Assembly: GCF_963921235.1 (NCBI RefSeq)
Contig: NC_086108.1
Location: forward strand, 85,748,001-85,812,000
Source: Mobula hypostoma
Lineage: Eukaryota
Length of the DNA stretch: 64,000 nt
Reading direction: 5' to 3'
Position numbers and translations under genes: made by a program. The notes beneath the pieces are model-generated. The model did not search any database. It saw only the letters and a program-made list of their open reading frames with translations, and had not been told where the DNA came from. This document shows positions 23,500 through 37,270 of this stretch, one piece after another (position 1 is the first letter of the stretch; each line of letters begins with the position of its first letter).

Positions 23500-24865
23500 T
23501 CCTAAAAGCTCTTTATTGACTACAGCTCAGCATTCAATACCATCATCCCTTCATAACTAATGAATAAGTTCCAAGATCTTGGCCTCAATGCCTCCTTCAC
23601 TTGCAGACTCCAGTTAGCTTGAATTGGCAATAATAGGTACACCACAAGGCTATGTGCTCAGCCCCCACTCTACTTGCATTATTCTTATGATTGTGTGGCA
23701 GCACAGCTCCAATGTAATAATTAAGTTTGCTGATGATGCCCACTGTCTTTGGCTGAATCGAAGGTGGTGATGAATCAGCACAGAGGAGGGAGTTTGAAGA
23801 TCTGGCTGAGTGGTGCACAACAATAACCTCACACTCAAAGTCAGCAAGACCAAGAAGTTTATTATTGACTTCAGAGGAAGAAACTGGTCTCATGAACTAG
23901 TCCACGTTGAGGAATTGGAGGTGGAGAGGGTCAACAACTTTAAATTCCTTGGTGTTATCATTCTAGAGAATCTGTCCTGGGTCAGTGCAGGTAAATGCAA
24001 TTATGAAGAATGTATGTCAGTACATCTACTTCCTTAGGAGTTTGCAAAGATTCAGCATGACATCTAAAACTTTGACAAACTTCTAGAGATGTACAGTGGA
24101 GAGTAAATTGACTGGCTGCATCACAGCTTGGTATGGAAACACCAATACCATTGAATAGAAAATCCTACAAAAAGTACTGGATATGACCCAGTCCATCATG
24201 GATAAAGCCCTCCCCACCATTGAGCACATCTACACAGGAAGGCAGCATCCATCATCAGGGACCCCCAGCAGCCAGGATATGCTCCCTTCTTGCTACTGCC
24301 ATCAGGAAGAAGGTACAGGAGCCTTAGAACTCAACCTACCAGGTTCAGGAACAATGATTACCCCTCAACTATTAGACTCCTGAATCAAAGAGGATAACTT
24401 CAGTGAACTCCACTTGCCCCATCATTAATGTTCCAACAACCTATGACTTCCAAGGACTCTTTCATCTCATGTTCTCAAAATTTATTGCTTATTTATTTAT
24501 TATTATTATTATTATTTCTTTCTTTCTTGTATTTGCACACTTTGTTGCCTTTTGCACACTGGTTGAACACCCACATTGTCTTTCATTAATTCTGCTATGG
24601 TTATTGTTCTATTATGGATTTGTTGAGTATGCCTGCAAGAATCAGAATCTCTGTGTTGTATATGGTGACGTATATGTACTTTGATGATAAATTTACTTTG
24701 AAGTTTGAACTTTGCTATATGTGCCTTGAGCAGTGTATGACTGTTGCTGCTGTGTTTTGCACCTTGGCCTTGGAGGAACGCTGTTTAGTTTGGCTGTAGA
24801 CATGTGTATTCATGCATAGTTGAATGACCATTGAACATGAGTTTGAACCTGAACCTGAACTTGAA
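23500..24865 (+). mobile_element. Decayed Rex1/Babar 3' part plus a further 3' UTR fragment
   Basis: [37 protein letters not shown]. (TTTGAAC) tails. Confidence 0.82.
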
Positions 24866-24967
24866 ATTCTGGCCTGAAGAAGGCAGCGTTACTGGAAATG
24901 GTTTTGGGAAATGAGTTGGATAAATAGCAGCGAGGAAATGTCTGGGAAGCAGCGATCGTAATATCAC

Positions 24968-25100
24968 AGTCCTGACGTGATGTTGTCCTGAAACATTGAT
25001 TGTTTATTCCCCTTCATAGCTGCTGCCTGTCTTGCTGAGTTCCTCCAGCATTTTGTGTGTATTGCTCAAGATTTCCAGCATCTGTAGAATCTCTTGTATT
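24968..25100 (+). mobile_element. Penelope pLTR fragment with degenerate hammerhead
   Basis: CAGTCCTGACGTGATGTTGTCCTGAAACATTGATTG plus the pLTR body. Confidence 0.72.
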
Positions 25101-25299
25101 TAGGATTTCACAAGATTTGTATTGTGGTGAAGTGTAGACCACTCTGTGGTAAATGAGTCAAGAGATGAAGGGCCAATTCTATACAAAATCACATCAAACC
25201 TTAGTAGAATTGAAAGTAAGAAAATGCTTTTGGAATCCTTATAAAGGAAGATGGAGATGAGATTCTGGATGGGCTCAAAGTTGTTAAAGAGCTGATACT

Positions 25300-25860
25300 G
25301 CAAGGGCCTGCCCCAGGTTCAGGAGGGAGGCATCCATGTTGCTGAAGTAATGAAGGAAGGAGACTGCAGAAATTCTAGTTATAATTCAACAGCAGATTCA
25401 GAGGTGGTGCATGAAACTTGTAAAATTCCAAATGTTGTGTTCTTGCTGAAAAACAGGTAGGGATAAATCTAGTCATTACTCAATCCAACCTTGTCCTAGA
25501 TATCATAATCAAGGATAGAATTAGTAGATGTGGATTGATTAGAGTCAACAAACATAGCTTTAATAAAGGTAAAACAGTTCTAATTAGCCTGGCAGAGTTT
25601 TCTGCTGAAGTAATAGAGAATGGCAGTGACGGAGATATATTTGCATGTGGACTTGCAGAAGGTGCCACATAATAGGGTTGTCATCAAGTCTGAAGTCTAT
25701 GAAACAAAGGGGCTTTCTTGCTTCGATAGAAAATTGGTGAAGTAACAGCAAAGAGAAGGATATGAAACGTTCTTGTATTGGATTGGAGGGAAGTGAATGT
25801 TGGAATTCCGTGCTGGGGCCAATAAGTTTCCATGGCAATTGGAAGAGGGTTGAGGAATGG
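25300..25860 (+). mobile_element. Old CR1 RT fragment
   Basis: Degenerate HSFNKGK, IFACGLAEGAT/DLQKVPH, and GIP..VLGP-like stretches. Confidence 0.6.
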
Positions 25861-26804
25861 ACTGGTTTATTGCTCTTACACAGAGATGGTACACACTGCA
25901 CAAGATGAACTGCTCTCTTCAGTGTTTATTACTATTTTATGATTCCATGATATCTCTTGAGCTATTACATATTTAGGGACAGATGCCTTGACACATTTGT
26001 TTCACGGAGATCCACATAGTTGTGCGATGTCCTTGATGCTGAAAGCAAAAGTTGTTTCCATAAGATATAGGAACAGAATTCAGTAATTTGGCCCATCGAG
26101 TCTGCTTCACCATTCCATCATGTCTCATTTATAATCCCTCTCAAACCCATTCTCCTGCCTTCTCCCTGTAACCTTTGACACCCTTCCAATAGATTCATTA
26201 GAATTCTTTGAAGGTTAAGTACCACTCAAGGGTTGATGCATTCTATACTAAAGTGAAAGTTTTCATCTTGATTTGAATAAATGCTGCTACTTTATGTGTG
26301 ATGTGATGAAATCTGAGCTACGATTCGGCAGACTGTCAAGGTTCTTAATGCAAGCATTGAAGTAAGTCGAAGTTATTTTAGATTTCTTGATATCTATTTA
26401 TTGATCAGAACTATGGTATGTATTTCTCTGTTTATAATAAAAAAAACTGTTCAAAGACTATGTGAATTATAGTTTACTCAGAATCCACTATGTAAATTGG
26501 AGATTGCCAGCAAAAATGGATGTATTGGACTGCACAGTTATAGAAACCAGATGGAGCTGCTTCCCCAGGGGGTTATACACACAAACAAACTCGGATTACT
26601 AAGAAGCCACACACAGATGTTTTACAAGTCCACACGCTAGTTGGGTCAGGCATAATGTTTGCTGCCAATGAATCCATTCAGGAATAGCATTGGGCGGCCA
26701 ATGAGTGTGACAATTAAACCATTATTACTGTATATTTATTACACTACATGGCTTTCTTATGCTATGTTTAGTAAATTTCTTATGGCGGTTTAATGTACAC
26801 TACT

Positions 26805-27095
26805 GGCATTGTGGTTAAGTTACTAGACTAGCAACTAGGGGCCTGCCTTATTGATCTGCAGGTGTGAATTAAAATTCCATTGTAGCAGCTGGGGAATTTA
26901 AATTCAAGTAAATAAATATCTCTGGAATTAAAGTAAAAGCCAGAGTTTATCATGTAGATCCTAAAACTGCTGGATTGTGTTTAAAAGTCGAATTGATTCC
27001 CAATTACCTTCAGGGAGAGAAATCTGCTGTCCAAACATGGTCTGGCTTATGTCCAATTTCAAACCCATCAGAGTGGTTGATTGAAATGCCTTATC
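26805..27095 (+). mobile_element. Ancient tRNA-derived SINE of cartilaginous fish
   Basis: Degenerate tRNA head, then GCAGCTGGGGAATTTAAATTCAA and CCTTCAGGGAGAGAAATCTGCTGTCC..TGGTCTGGC segments (recalled family resemblance). Confidence 0.55.
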
Positions 27096-28490
27096 AAGCT
27101 ATTCATTTTAAAAGTACAGAGGGATGTACAACATATACCAGGAGCTTTCCATGAGCTAATGAGAGAAAGTAACATGGACTGCTTGTGGGCTGAATGTAAA
27201 ATAACTGTTCCATTGTTTGCTAGCTGAGAGATGGCTATACCACCACAAGCCAGATTTGGGAGCATTTGTGATAAAGTTATAAAGCATGACAGTCAGTATG
27301 TCTGTGATATACATGTAATGTTTGTTCTGTGCTAATTGTCCATTGATGTTTTTTATATCTAGCCACAATATGGCCATGGTTGTAATGTCACTTACTGCTA
27401 GCTAGATCAAATTTATGTTGCAATCTGCTAATATTGGCATCCGAGGATAAGACAAATACTTGCATGGATTTGGAAGCCAATTGTCTACTTAGGTTTTTGG
27501 TTTATTTTATGTTTCAGTGGGTCCTATTAAGAAATAATTGTTATAGATCAAGTCATCTTATTTGATTTTAAAGGACTGGCAATAGTTTTGATTGATAGCT
27601 TGCAATGATTGGTTAAAGACGTGGTTCAAGCCCATACAGGAGCACTCATAGTTCATATCACAGGCAGCTTTATGACTAGATGCTCATGATGTGGTTATTT
27701 AGTTTTGAGATACAGTCAAGTAATACAAATAATTTTTTTAATATTTCAGCACTGAAGTTACAACACTGAAAGAAGAAGTTCAACCCACTCAGCTCTCTGT
27801 AGATCAATTCCATGAGTCCCAAACATCTTCTTATTTCTTGGCTTCTCCACTCTTTTGTGCATTGCTCTGGATTTCCATTATTTGCAAAATCTCTTGTGTT
27901 TCTTATTTCCTGGTAGTCCTGCAACTTATTCTCTCAGTCTCTCTCCCATATTCATCAGCTCTCTGTGAATCTTTTATCTCGACCTACATGAAGGGGTCTT
28001 TTACAGTAGCCCATTAAGTTATCTCCCTGTCTTTAGCACATGGGAAGTCATACCAAGGAAATAAACGCATAGTCACAAGGGGAATGTGCAGCTCAGCGAA
28101 TCAGGAGGCATCTACGGAAGAAAATGGATAATTATTGTTTCAGGCCATGACCTTTCATCTGCACTGGGCAGACTGAATCTGGGTGCCTGAAGCCATAAGA
28201 TAGTAGCACTAACTGCGGCAGCATCACCAGAGAGAGAAAGTTTTCTTATACAAGTAATGAACAAGCTAAATTCAAGAGTCACTATATTGTTAAGTGGACT
28301 GCAGAAGAGTACTTGCTTTGCGAAATTTTTAGGAAGTTTCTAAATGTACTGTGTAGGAGTTATGTGTCTGTTCTCTGTCTGATTTGTATTCTGTGCTGTG
28401 GGGTTTATTATGGTAACTAGTCACATTAGTAGGGGCATGGTAAGCGTGAAGGGAATAAGTTACATACTCTTGCTCACTTCATGGCAGTTT

Positions 28491-29085
28491 CAGACATCCC
28501 ACCTCTCCTGGAAGTTCCGGGAGTCTCCCGCATATTAATAGTGGCTCCCTGATGCCCGCAAATTATATACAATATCCTGGAAATCAATTTTTTTGAGAGT
28601 GAGCGAGTGAGAGAGCGCGAGAGCAAGAGAGAGAAAGCAAGAGAGAGCATGAGAAAGAGCAAGAGAGCGCGCGAGAGAGAGCACACAAGACAGAAAGCAA
28701 GAGAGAGAGAGAGAGAGCGCGCGTGCGCGCGCCATGGGAGAGTGTTCCAAACAAAGAAAATATAAACGTATGTCACCCCAGACTACCCTAAAGTGTACCC
28801 CTGCCTAATAGGGGTCAAAAATAATGACAGTGTTGCTCGCTGCACTGTTTGCAACAGTGACTTTTCTATTACCCATGGTGGGTTAAGACTGTAAAAGCCA
28901 TGTTGAGGTGAGATTATCAGGTGTCATTCATTCATTAGCATAGCTAACGTTATTTAAACTAGCTGGCTAGCTGCTAAGGAGCTACTCTATTGCAGACATC
29001 CCACCTCTCCCGGAAGTTCCAGGAGTCTCCCGCAAATTGATGGTGCTACCTCCCTGAAATGAGTTTTTGCAGGGTGGGATGTCTG
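28491..29085. mobile_element. Non-autonomous TIR DNA transposon (MITE-like, probably hAT superfamily)
   Basis: TIR CAGACATCCCACC / GGTGGGATGTCTG, 6-bp TSD CAGTTT (28485-28490, 29086-29091), internal GA-rich microsatellite. Confidence 0.82.
28597..28732. repeat. Imperfect (GA)n/(GC)n microsatellite
   Basis: GAGAGTGAGCGAGTGAGAGAGCGCG...GAGAGAGCGCGCGTGCGCGC. Confidence 0.9.
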
Positions 29086-29577
29086 CAGTTTGTAACTTGG
29101 GACCAGCGGAGGTCATATCTTTGCTGATCACTTAATATTGCATCAGGATTGTATGTTGCTAATTGCTAATAAAGGATTGGACTCTTTGAAACAATCATTG
29201 GAGCAGAGGGTGTGCCATGCAAGTATAACAACCCCATGGCAGCCTCGGGCTAGTGGCAATTGTTTTGTTTTGATTTTAAATTAATTTTGCCACTATATAC
29301 TGTACACTGGGATATCATTGCTTCTTAATTTGTTGGCTCATGAGGCTTGGCCTCATAGGGTATATTTATCTTGATTCACCAACTGAAGATGAAGAAATTG
29401 AATGATATGTTCCATTTCTTTCGAGCAGAGAGTTAACATTTTCATTTTGAAAACTTTGTTTTGATATTGGACACATACAGATTGCAAAGTCCTCTTCATC
29501 TAAAGAGCATATCATCTTAAAGATTTCGCAGGGTCTTCATTTATTGCAATAACTCAAAGATGTTTGATAATTGTATT

Positions 29578-30352
29578 GAAACATAGAAACATAGAAGCAT
29601 AGAAAACCTACAGCACAATACAGGCCCTTCAGCCCACAAAGCTGTGCTGAACATGTCCTTACCTTAGAACTACCTAGGCTTACCCATAGTCCTCTATTTT
29701 TCTGAGTTCCATGTATCTATCCAGGAGTCTCTTAAAATACCTTATCATTTCCGTCTCCACCACCGCCATCGGCAGCCCATTCCATACACTCACCACTCTC
29801 TGCGTAAAAAACTTTACCCCTGACATCTCCTCTCTACCTACTTCCAAGCATCTTAAAACTATGCCCACTCATTCTAGCCATTTCAGCCCTGGGAAAAAGC
29901 CTCTGACTGTCCACAAGATCAATGCCTTTCATTATCTTGTACGCCTCTATCAGGTCACCTCTCATCCTCCGTTGCTCCAAGGAGAAAAGGCCGAGTTCAC
30001 TCAACCTATTCTCAAAAGGTATGCTTCCCAATCTAGGCAACATCCTTGTAAATTTCCTCGGCAGCTTTTCTATGGTTTCCACGTCCTTCCTGTAGTGAGG
30101 CGACCAGAATGGAGCACAGTACTCCAAGTGGGGTCTGACCAGGGTCCTATAAAGCTGCAACATCACCTCTCAGCTTTTAAACTTAATCCCACAATTGATG
30201 AAGGCCAATGCACCGTATGCCTTCTTAACCATAGAGTCAACCTGCGCAGCAGCTTTGAATGTCCTATGGACTTGGATCCTAAGATCCCTCTGATCCTCCA
30301 CACTGCCAAGAATCTTACCATTAATGCTATATTCTGCCATCATATTTGACCT
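29578..30352 (-). mobile_element. CR1 3' fragment
   Basis: LYRTLVRPHLEYCAPFWSPHYRKD, FFTQRVVSVWNGLP, (GAAACATA)n tail. Confidence 0.92.
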
Positions 30353-31244
30353 ATGGCTCATGGTAAATACTGTACTATGAGAATTTTAATCAATTAAGTA
30401 CAAATTTTATTAGCAGGTATGAAGTATTAAAGTCACATTATCTTCTGGCCTCCTCTCCATAGTTAAAAGACAGGTCATACGAGAACCAGGACTAGGAAAG
30501 CAAGTGTAAATTATGAGATGAGGTGATTATCTTCAAATCTCATCTCCTGAGGCTTACAACATTGGAGCTATTTGAAAGAAAAGCTTTACAAGATTGAACA
30601 ATTCCTCTTCAAGCTGGAAAAAGACTGGAACTCCTGATCAGAATGCAGAAAAGCTATGTATTTGATATCTCATAAATATTTATAATATGATGATTGAAGG
30701 TTGATTTATGGGACGGTTGACTATGGATAGAGATAGAGATTCACTGTATTACCTGAATTATATTCAACTATTCTGTGAGTTCTACAGAATTCACTGATAT
30801 TTGTGGCGTCCAGTGGAATTCAATATTTGAAAAGTCAATACAATCTGTTTGAAACGTGGTATTCTACATTTCCCTGAACTGTACTCTGTTGCAAGACAGC
30901 CTAACCTGTAGTGTCTCAGAGATTCTCTTTCCAAAGTCTGATCCAATGATCAAGCACCATAACTATTTTTTACTTGTCCATAAAATTGCAGATTGTGGAA
31001 TTAATAGATCAAAGAGATGTTTAATTGAGAAGTTATAAACTTATGAAGGATCTAAAGAGAGGCAGTAAATAGGAAAGGCTGATTCCCGGCAACTGCAAGA
31101 TTAGAGATCAGGGATGATTGTTAATAACTTATAAAAGATTTGAGGAGGAAGAGGAAATACTTTCTTACACATAGGGTTGTAGGGTTTGGAGTTCACTGAC
31201 TGTAGGGTGATAGGGACAGAAACTGTTGTCAAGTTTATTTTATT

Positions 31245-31540
31245 TTTTAAATTTTATTTAATGATACAGCAGGGAGTAGACCCTTCAAGCCATGCTGCCT
31301 AAGCAATCTCCCAATCCCGATTAACCCTAACTTAGCCACGGGACAATTTACAATGATCAATTAACCTATCCGGTACATCTTTGGACTGTGGGAAGAATTC
31401 GGAGCACCCGAGGAAAACTCATGTATTCAATGGAGAGGACGTACAGACTCCTTACGGAATGGTACCAGGAATTGAACTGTGAATGCTGGAACAACTTGAG
31501 GTGTTATAGTTTCATGCTTACTGTTATGGTATCATGGTGC
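31245..31540 (-). mobile_element. V-SINE (HE1-like)
   Basis: Reverse complement of the 20520 family (GGGACAATTTACAATG, CGGAGCACCCGAGGAAAAC, GGAATTGAAC). Confidence 0.78.
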
Positions 31541-32224
31541 CCAATGATTCCTAAGCTTAAAAAGTATTTGATTGTGTGCTCAAAATTTTGTGATGTGTAT
31601 GACTACAGCCTGAGTGCAGAAAGCTGGAATTAGTCTGGGCAACTTTTTTTCTGACCAGTGAAGAGGATGTAATGGTACACTAGCATCATACTGCTTAGTT
31701 GATTTTCTGATTTGACAAATGTCAACCATCTGCACCAAAGTAAAATTACCCTAGGCAAGAAGAATATTAGTCCAGTATTCTGTGGTGAATTGTCTAACAT
31801 GATGTTCTGCTAATGAAACAAAACCTTTCCACTCATAATGGCAAGAGATATACAATCGCGTAGGATCATGAAAAGGCCATCTGTGCTCTTGAATCCTTTC
31901 TGCCACCTAATAGATAATTTTTGGTCAGTCCAATTAGTTTCCTTAATTCTTTAACCCTTAATATGACCACATGTTAGTGCCTGTTCAAAAAATGTTAATT
32001 GACAAAGCTTCCATAACATTTTTTGGATGGTGTATTTGAGGTTTATCCTACCATTTTTATGACATTATCCATTATTTTAGGGTTATGTTCCCCTGTTCTG
32101 GCTTCTTCCAGAGGAAGGAATAATTATTTTCTTTATCTATCCCAGCTTACTCCTTTAATCATGGTCATTCTAATTATATTATGAGTTAACCTTCTGCATT
32201 CAAAAGAATACAAGTTTACTGTGC

Positions 32225-32372
32225 ACAAACAAGATAAAATCTGCATTGCTGGAAATCCAAGTAACACACACAAAATGCTGGAGGAACTCGGCAGGCCAGG
32301 CAGCATCTATGGAAAAGAGTACAGTCATCGTTTTGGGCCAAAAGCCTTCAACAGAACCTGAAGAGTCTCAAG
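32225..32372 (-). mobile_element. Penelope pLTR fragment
   Basis: ACACACAAAATGCTGGAGGAACTCGGCAGGCCAGGCAGCATC..., flanked by the direct repeat TACAAGTTT. Confidence 0.8.
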
Positions 32373-32739
32373 GTTACAAGTTTCCTGTATGTACTCTCAG
32401 CATAATTTATTCACTTTAGCCCTGTTGTTATTCTGGTGCAGCTGTGTAACATCCCCTCCAAGATCAATATATCTAGGTCCTGAATTTTTTAATAACAATC
32501 CCAAAGGCTACCTGAAAACTAAATTTTTTAGTGAGGAAACTCCATGTTGTAATAAATACTAACTCTGTAGAATTTATTTTTTCATTTATTTTCTTTCAAA
32601 AATGGAGCTTCTAGATACTAAACTGCTCACGTAGATGACCAAACAACCCTAATTTTCTGTGGGATGCGTTGGTCAAGCCATGTGGTAGTGTTGGGATGAA
32701 GTTAGAGTAAAAGCATAAGGCAGACATGGAATAAAAATA

Positions 32740-33325
32740 TTCTCAGGTCCATCTTGAGCTTCAGCTCCAGTTCCAGGCACCAGGTTCATTCCTGGTCTCC
32801 ACTGCTGGCTGTGAGGTGTTTTTACATTCTCACTTTGATCACGTAGGATTCCTCTGCATGTCCTGCTTCCTAAAAAATGTGTGGGTCAGTAGGTTTATTG
32901 GCTTGTGTAAATGGGTGGTAGCTTCAGGGGGTTGAGGGGATTGGGGGGGGGTGTAGATAGAGTTGATGGTCATGTGGGGAGCAGGGTACAAATAGGTTGG
33001 GTTTGTTGGTTATTATGGGGGGGCACAGTAGCAGAGATATTTGCCTAATGCTTTACAGTGCCAACAATTGGGGTTCAATTGCTGCTGTGAGGAATTTGTA
33101 TGGTCTCCCTGTGGTTGTGTGGGATTCCTCAGAGCGCTCTGGTTTCCCCCTACTTTCCAAAGATGTACGGGTTAGGGTTATTAAGTTCTGGACACACTAA
33201 ATGGGCACTGGGTGCATGGTTACACATGGGGCTGCCCCCATCACATCTCCAGACTGTGTTGGTCATTGATGCAAAAGACACATTTCACTTTATATTTTGA
33301 TCTGCATGTAATAAATAAAGCTAAT
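32740..33325 (+). mobile_element. Two degraded V-SINE-like elements
   Basis: GGTTCATTCC and GGTTCAATT B boxes, each followed by V-domain-like sequence. Confidence 0.55.
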
Positions 33326-35449
33326 CTAATCTCCTTTTCTTATTATTACATGTACCAAGGTAGTGAAAAATTGTGTTTTGCATGTCATCCAAACAGATGA
33401 TTTCATTACAAGATATAATGATGTACCGTAGAGCACAGTATTGGGGCCCTTGGCACACGTTGTTGTGCTGACTCTTATAAATTTGCTCCTCAATCAATCT
33501 AACCCTTCCTTCCTATGCAACCCAGAGCCCCCTCTTTTTTCTTGCATTCATGTTACTGTTTACAAATTTAAATGTCCCATAGATTCAAAAGAGCAGAACA
33601 GTTACAGGTGATGAGTAGATCTGCAGAAAGCAACTTGCAGGTGAGTTATCACACTCTGCACCATCTTGTATTTAAGTCAAGTTCAAGTTGAAATTTATTG
33701 TCATTCAACCACACGCTTGTATATAACTAAACGAAACATCATTCCACTAGGGCCAAGGTGCAAAACACAGATATCATCACACAAAGCACATATAGATATG
33801 ATATAGTTAAGGTTAGGAATATTTAAAGTGGGTTGGACTAAGTGGGCCAAAGGACTGTTACTGAGTTCTATCTCTCTATGGCTCAATTACGTTAAGTAGA
33901 GATTAAAATCTGATCCAGCATTCATAAACAACTCTTATTTAGTAACACTTTAATATTAAAGACTGAATATTGATGTGACTGCAACTGTTATTGCAAAACT
34001 GAAATGAAATCTGAAAAAATAATACCTCTGAACTAAAGCAAAATTAAAATGTGCAAAAATTCAAGCTGTAAATATTCCCATTCTGAGCTGCATCTGTCAG
34101 AACACAATGCAATTACCAAAATGGAATCAAATCTGTGTTCTGTACTACTGTAACATAAAGTCTGTGCCTCTTATTTTCTAGACCAATGTTTATTGAGGAA
34201 TTTTAAATAGAACCATATCATATCCAAGTGATATACTAAGCTATAAATGAGGCTCTTAACCCTCTAAGGACACGTGGAGGAATACTCTGATAGGAATGTG
34301 GACTTTAACGTTCTGAGGGAGTTTTAGTGCAGGACGGCTGCCGCAAGGATGGCAACCATTCTCTGGATGAATTACAAACTACAGAGGTAGTATGTAGAGA
34401 CTAGAACACAGAAAGAAAAGTACAAGAAGCAGGAATTCATGTCTTATTAAATTTAGCTGCTCTCTGACCTTCTTTGTTTTCTATATTCTACTTTCTGACT
34501 AAATTAATTATATTTTATTATCAATATTGATTTATTATTGTCACACGTACCAAAATACGGTGAAAATCCTTTCTTGCATGCTGTTTATGCAGTACAAATC
34601 ATTACACGGTGCATTGATCTTGAATAAAGTAAAACAATAACAATGCAGAATAAATTGTAAAACTATCGAAAGAATGCAGTGTAGGGAAATAATAAAATGC
34701 TAAATCATAATGAGATAGATTGTGAGGCCAAAAGTCCATTTTATCATACAAGAGGTCCATTTAAGAGTCTGTCAGTGTGATGGAAACTGTTCTTCACCCT
34801 AGTTATACGTACTTTCAGGCTTTTGTAAATTCTACCTGATGCAAGAGTGGAGAAGAGCGAATGTCCTTCTCGCTTTTCTTTCACTCACTTTCATGCTTTA
34901 TAATTAATTATCCATACCTTTTGATATGTTGTAACACTTTGAGCACCAACTCCACCTGGGTCAAAGAACTGCACATTCCAATAGTACAAATAACTTTTTT
35001 TCCAGTTTTCTTCTTAAGGATTCTATTGTGGCCTATTCACTTCTATCAGAGATTAGCTTGTCCATTATATTTGACGTTTACAGCACCTCTAATAAAAAGT
35101 CTCAATTTTCTCAGACTCTGTACCTTATATCACACATTTCTGGTATCATTCTGATAAGCTTGGTGTGCTTTCCACGTGGTTATTACATGTCTTTGATAAT
35201 AACAAGCCCCAGACTTTCCACTTTGGATTCATTTGTGTAAAGCAGGGTTTTGCTTCCTGGACATATTACATCACTATGGCAGGTTACGGTGAGATTGTGG
35301 CAGAACTCGTCCAATTTTTGGAGCAAGTATTTAGAACAGTAATATTAAATTAAAGGTACATTTGTCAGTAGTGGATGAACAGCTGGAGCAAAAAGATGCA
35401 TAAAACATTAAACAGAACTTACAGAGACATGCAAATTCACTTCAGAATT

Positions 35450-37270
35450 TTGATCAACATAGATTAAACATAAAAGCAAAAATGACATGAAGTGACACTA
35501 ATGAAACAGTTCATAGCTGCATGCAGGCTAAAACTCCTACACAGCATTCAAGTATATGCTGATAAGTGACAGGGAACATTCATACCACTGAGGAGTCAGA
35601 TAATGGCCATCTATAACAAGAGTGAATCCAGCCATCAGTTATTGAGTTCAATAGCATCCCTAAATACCATGTCCCCACCATTAATATACTGTGGATCACT
35701 GATGATCAGAAAATGGACTAGCCTTATAGTGTAAATAACCATGGCTACAAGAGCAAGGTAGAGGTTGAATATTCTGCAGTCAATAACTCGCCTTCTGACA
35801 CTCAGTCCTTTTCACAGTATTGTAAAGCACAAGTCACAAATATAATGGAATAACCTCCATTTGCAGGTCCAACAACTGTTAAAATGTTGAACTCTATCCA
35901 GAACCAAGAAGCCCATTAATTGGTGTCCTATCCACCATCCTAAGTGTACATTCACTCCACTGCACATGCTGTTACTATGCTTACGTGTCTCGTCAACAAC
36001 AACAGCATCTCACTAACAGCCACCTATTGGCAGAGGTATCAAAGGTTAGGGTCACAGGTTTAATGTTAGGATTAAGAGGTTTACAGTGGGTTTGAGGAAG
36101 AAAGTTTTCACCCAGTGGATGGTTAATATATGGAACACGCTGCCTCAGAATGTGGTGGTGATAGGTACTCTCACAACATTTAGTAATCATTTCATAGTTA
36201 TATAGGCTCATAGGTTCATTTTATTGTCAAAGTATGCATGTATAACACAACTCTGATATTCATCTTCTCCAGATAGCCATGAAGTGCAGAAAAAACATGT
36301 GACTTTTGTTAAAGAAGAGACATCAACAACACCCCCCCAGCCCAAAAAAGAAAAAGAAAAGAATTTGCATACCCCAACAACCTCCACCCTCTCTCTCGCA
36401 CAAAAAAAACTAACAGATTGCCCACATAGAGAACAACAGCTGGAACATTAAAAACCCCAAAATCCACAAAACCCTCCCTTGGAAAAAAATCAGCGATGAT
36501 AACATCAAAACCCCAAACCCCTCCCTCACAAAAAAAAATCAGGTGAGCATTTCAATCACCAAGACATAGTTGGGTTTTTGATCATGCACTGATTAAGTTC
36601 AAGTTCAGTTTTATTGTCATTCAACCGCATACATGTGTACTGCCAAATGAAACAACATTCCTCCAGACCAAGGTACACAACACAATTCATAAAACTCACA
36701 CACAACACATAAAGTAATAATACAATAAAGAAATTAACAAAATATAAAATATATTCCAGAAGATTGACATTTAACATAAGGTGCATTTACCACAGAAGTG
36801 AATGTTGTGTACACTATAAACAGTATAACACTACTGGCTTTTCATACGTGATAAGACCTGAGTGGTGGCAGGGAGCCCAGTAGTCTCAAGGCCTGTGAGA
36901 AGAAGCTGTTTCCCATCCTGACAGTCTTTGTCCTAATGTTATGGTACCTCCTGACTGGTGGAAGGGGGTCACAGAGATTGTGGGACAGATGGAAGACTTG
37001 GTAGTTTGCATGGATACGGTGGGCAGAAAGATTTGTTTTTGTGCAGTGTAACTCTGCTGCACAATGACTCTAAAAAGGCCAGGGGCAGCAAACTGTTGGG
37101 ATCACCATCTCCTTCCTTTTTATCCTAAAATCACCATTCCTTCATTATACAGGGTCAAAATCCTGGAAACGCCTTCCAACAGCACCGTGAGGCTAACTTT
37201 AAGTAAAGATGGTTAAAGAAGGTGAACCACCATTTCCTCAAGAGTAATTTGGAATGGGCCAGTGAGTGTG
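35450..37270 (+). mobile_element. Ancient CR1/L2-group LINE 3' region, split by CR1 and Rex1-UTR insertions (~36030-37070)
   Basis: YCKAQVTNIMEY-like stretch. The 3' end GGTCAAAATCCTGGAA..CTTCCAACAGCAC is shared with 51230-51620. Confidence 0.55.

Noticed and set aside
29711..30349. 212-aa plus-strand ORF
   Set aside because: Antisense to a CR1 RT C-terminus.
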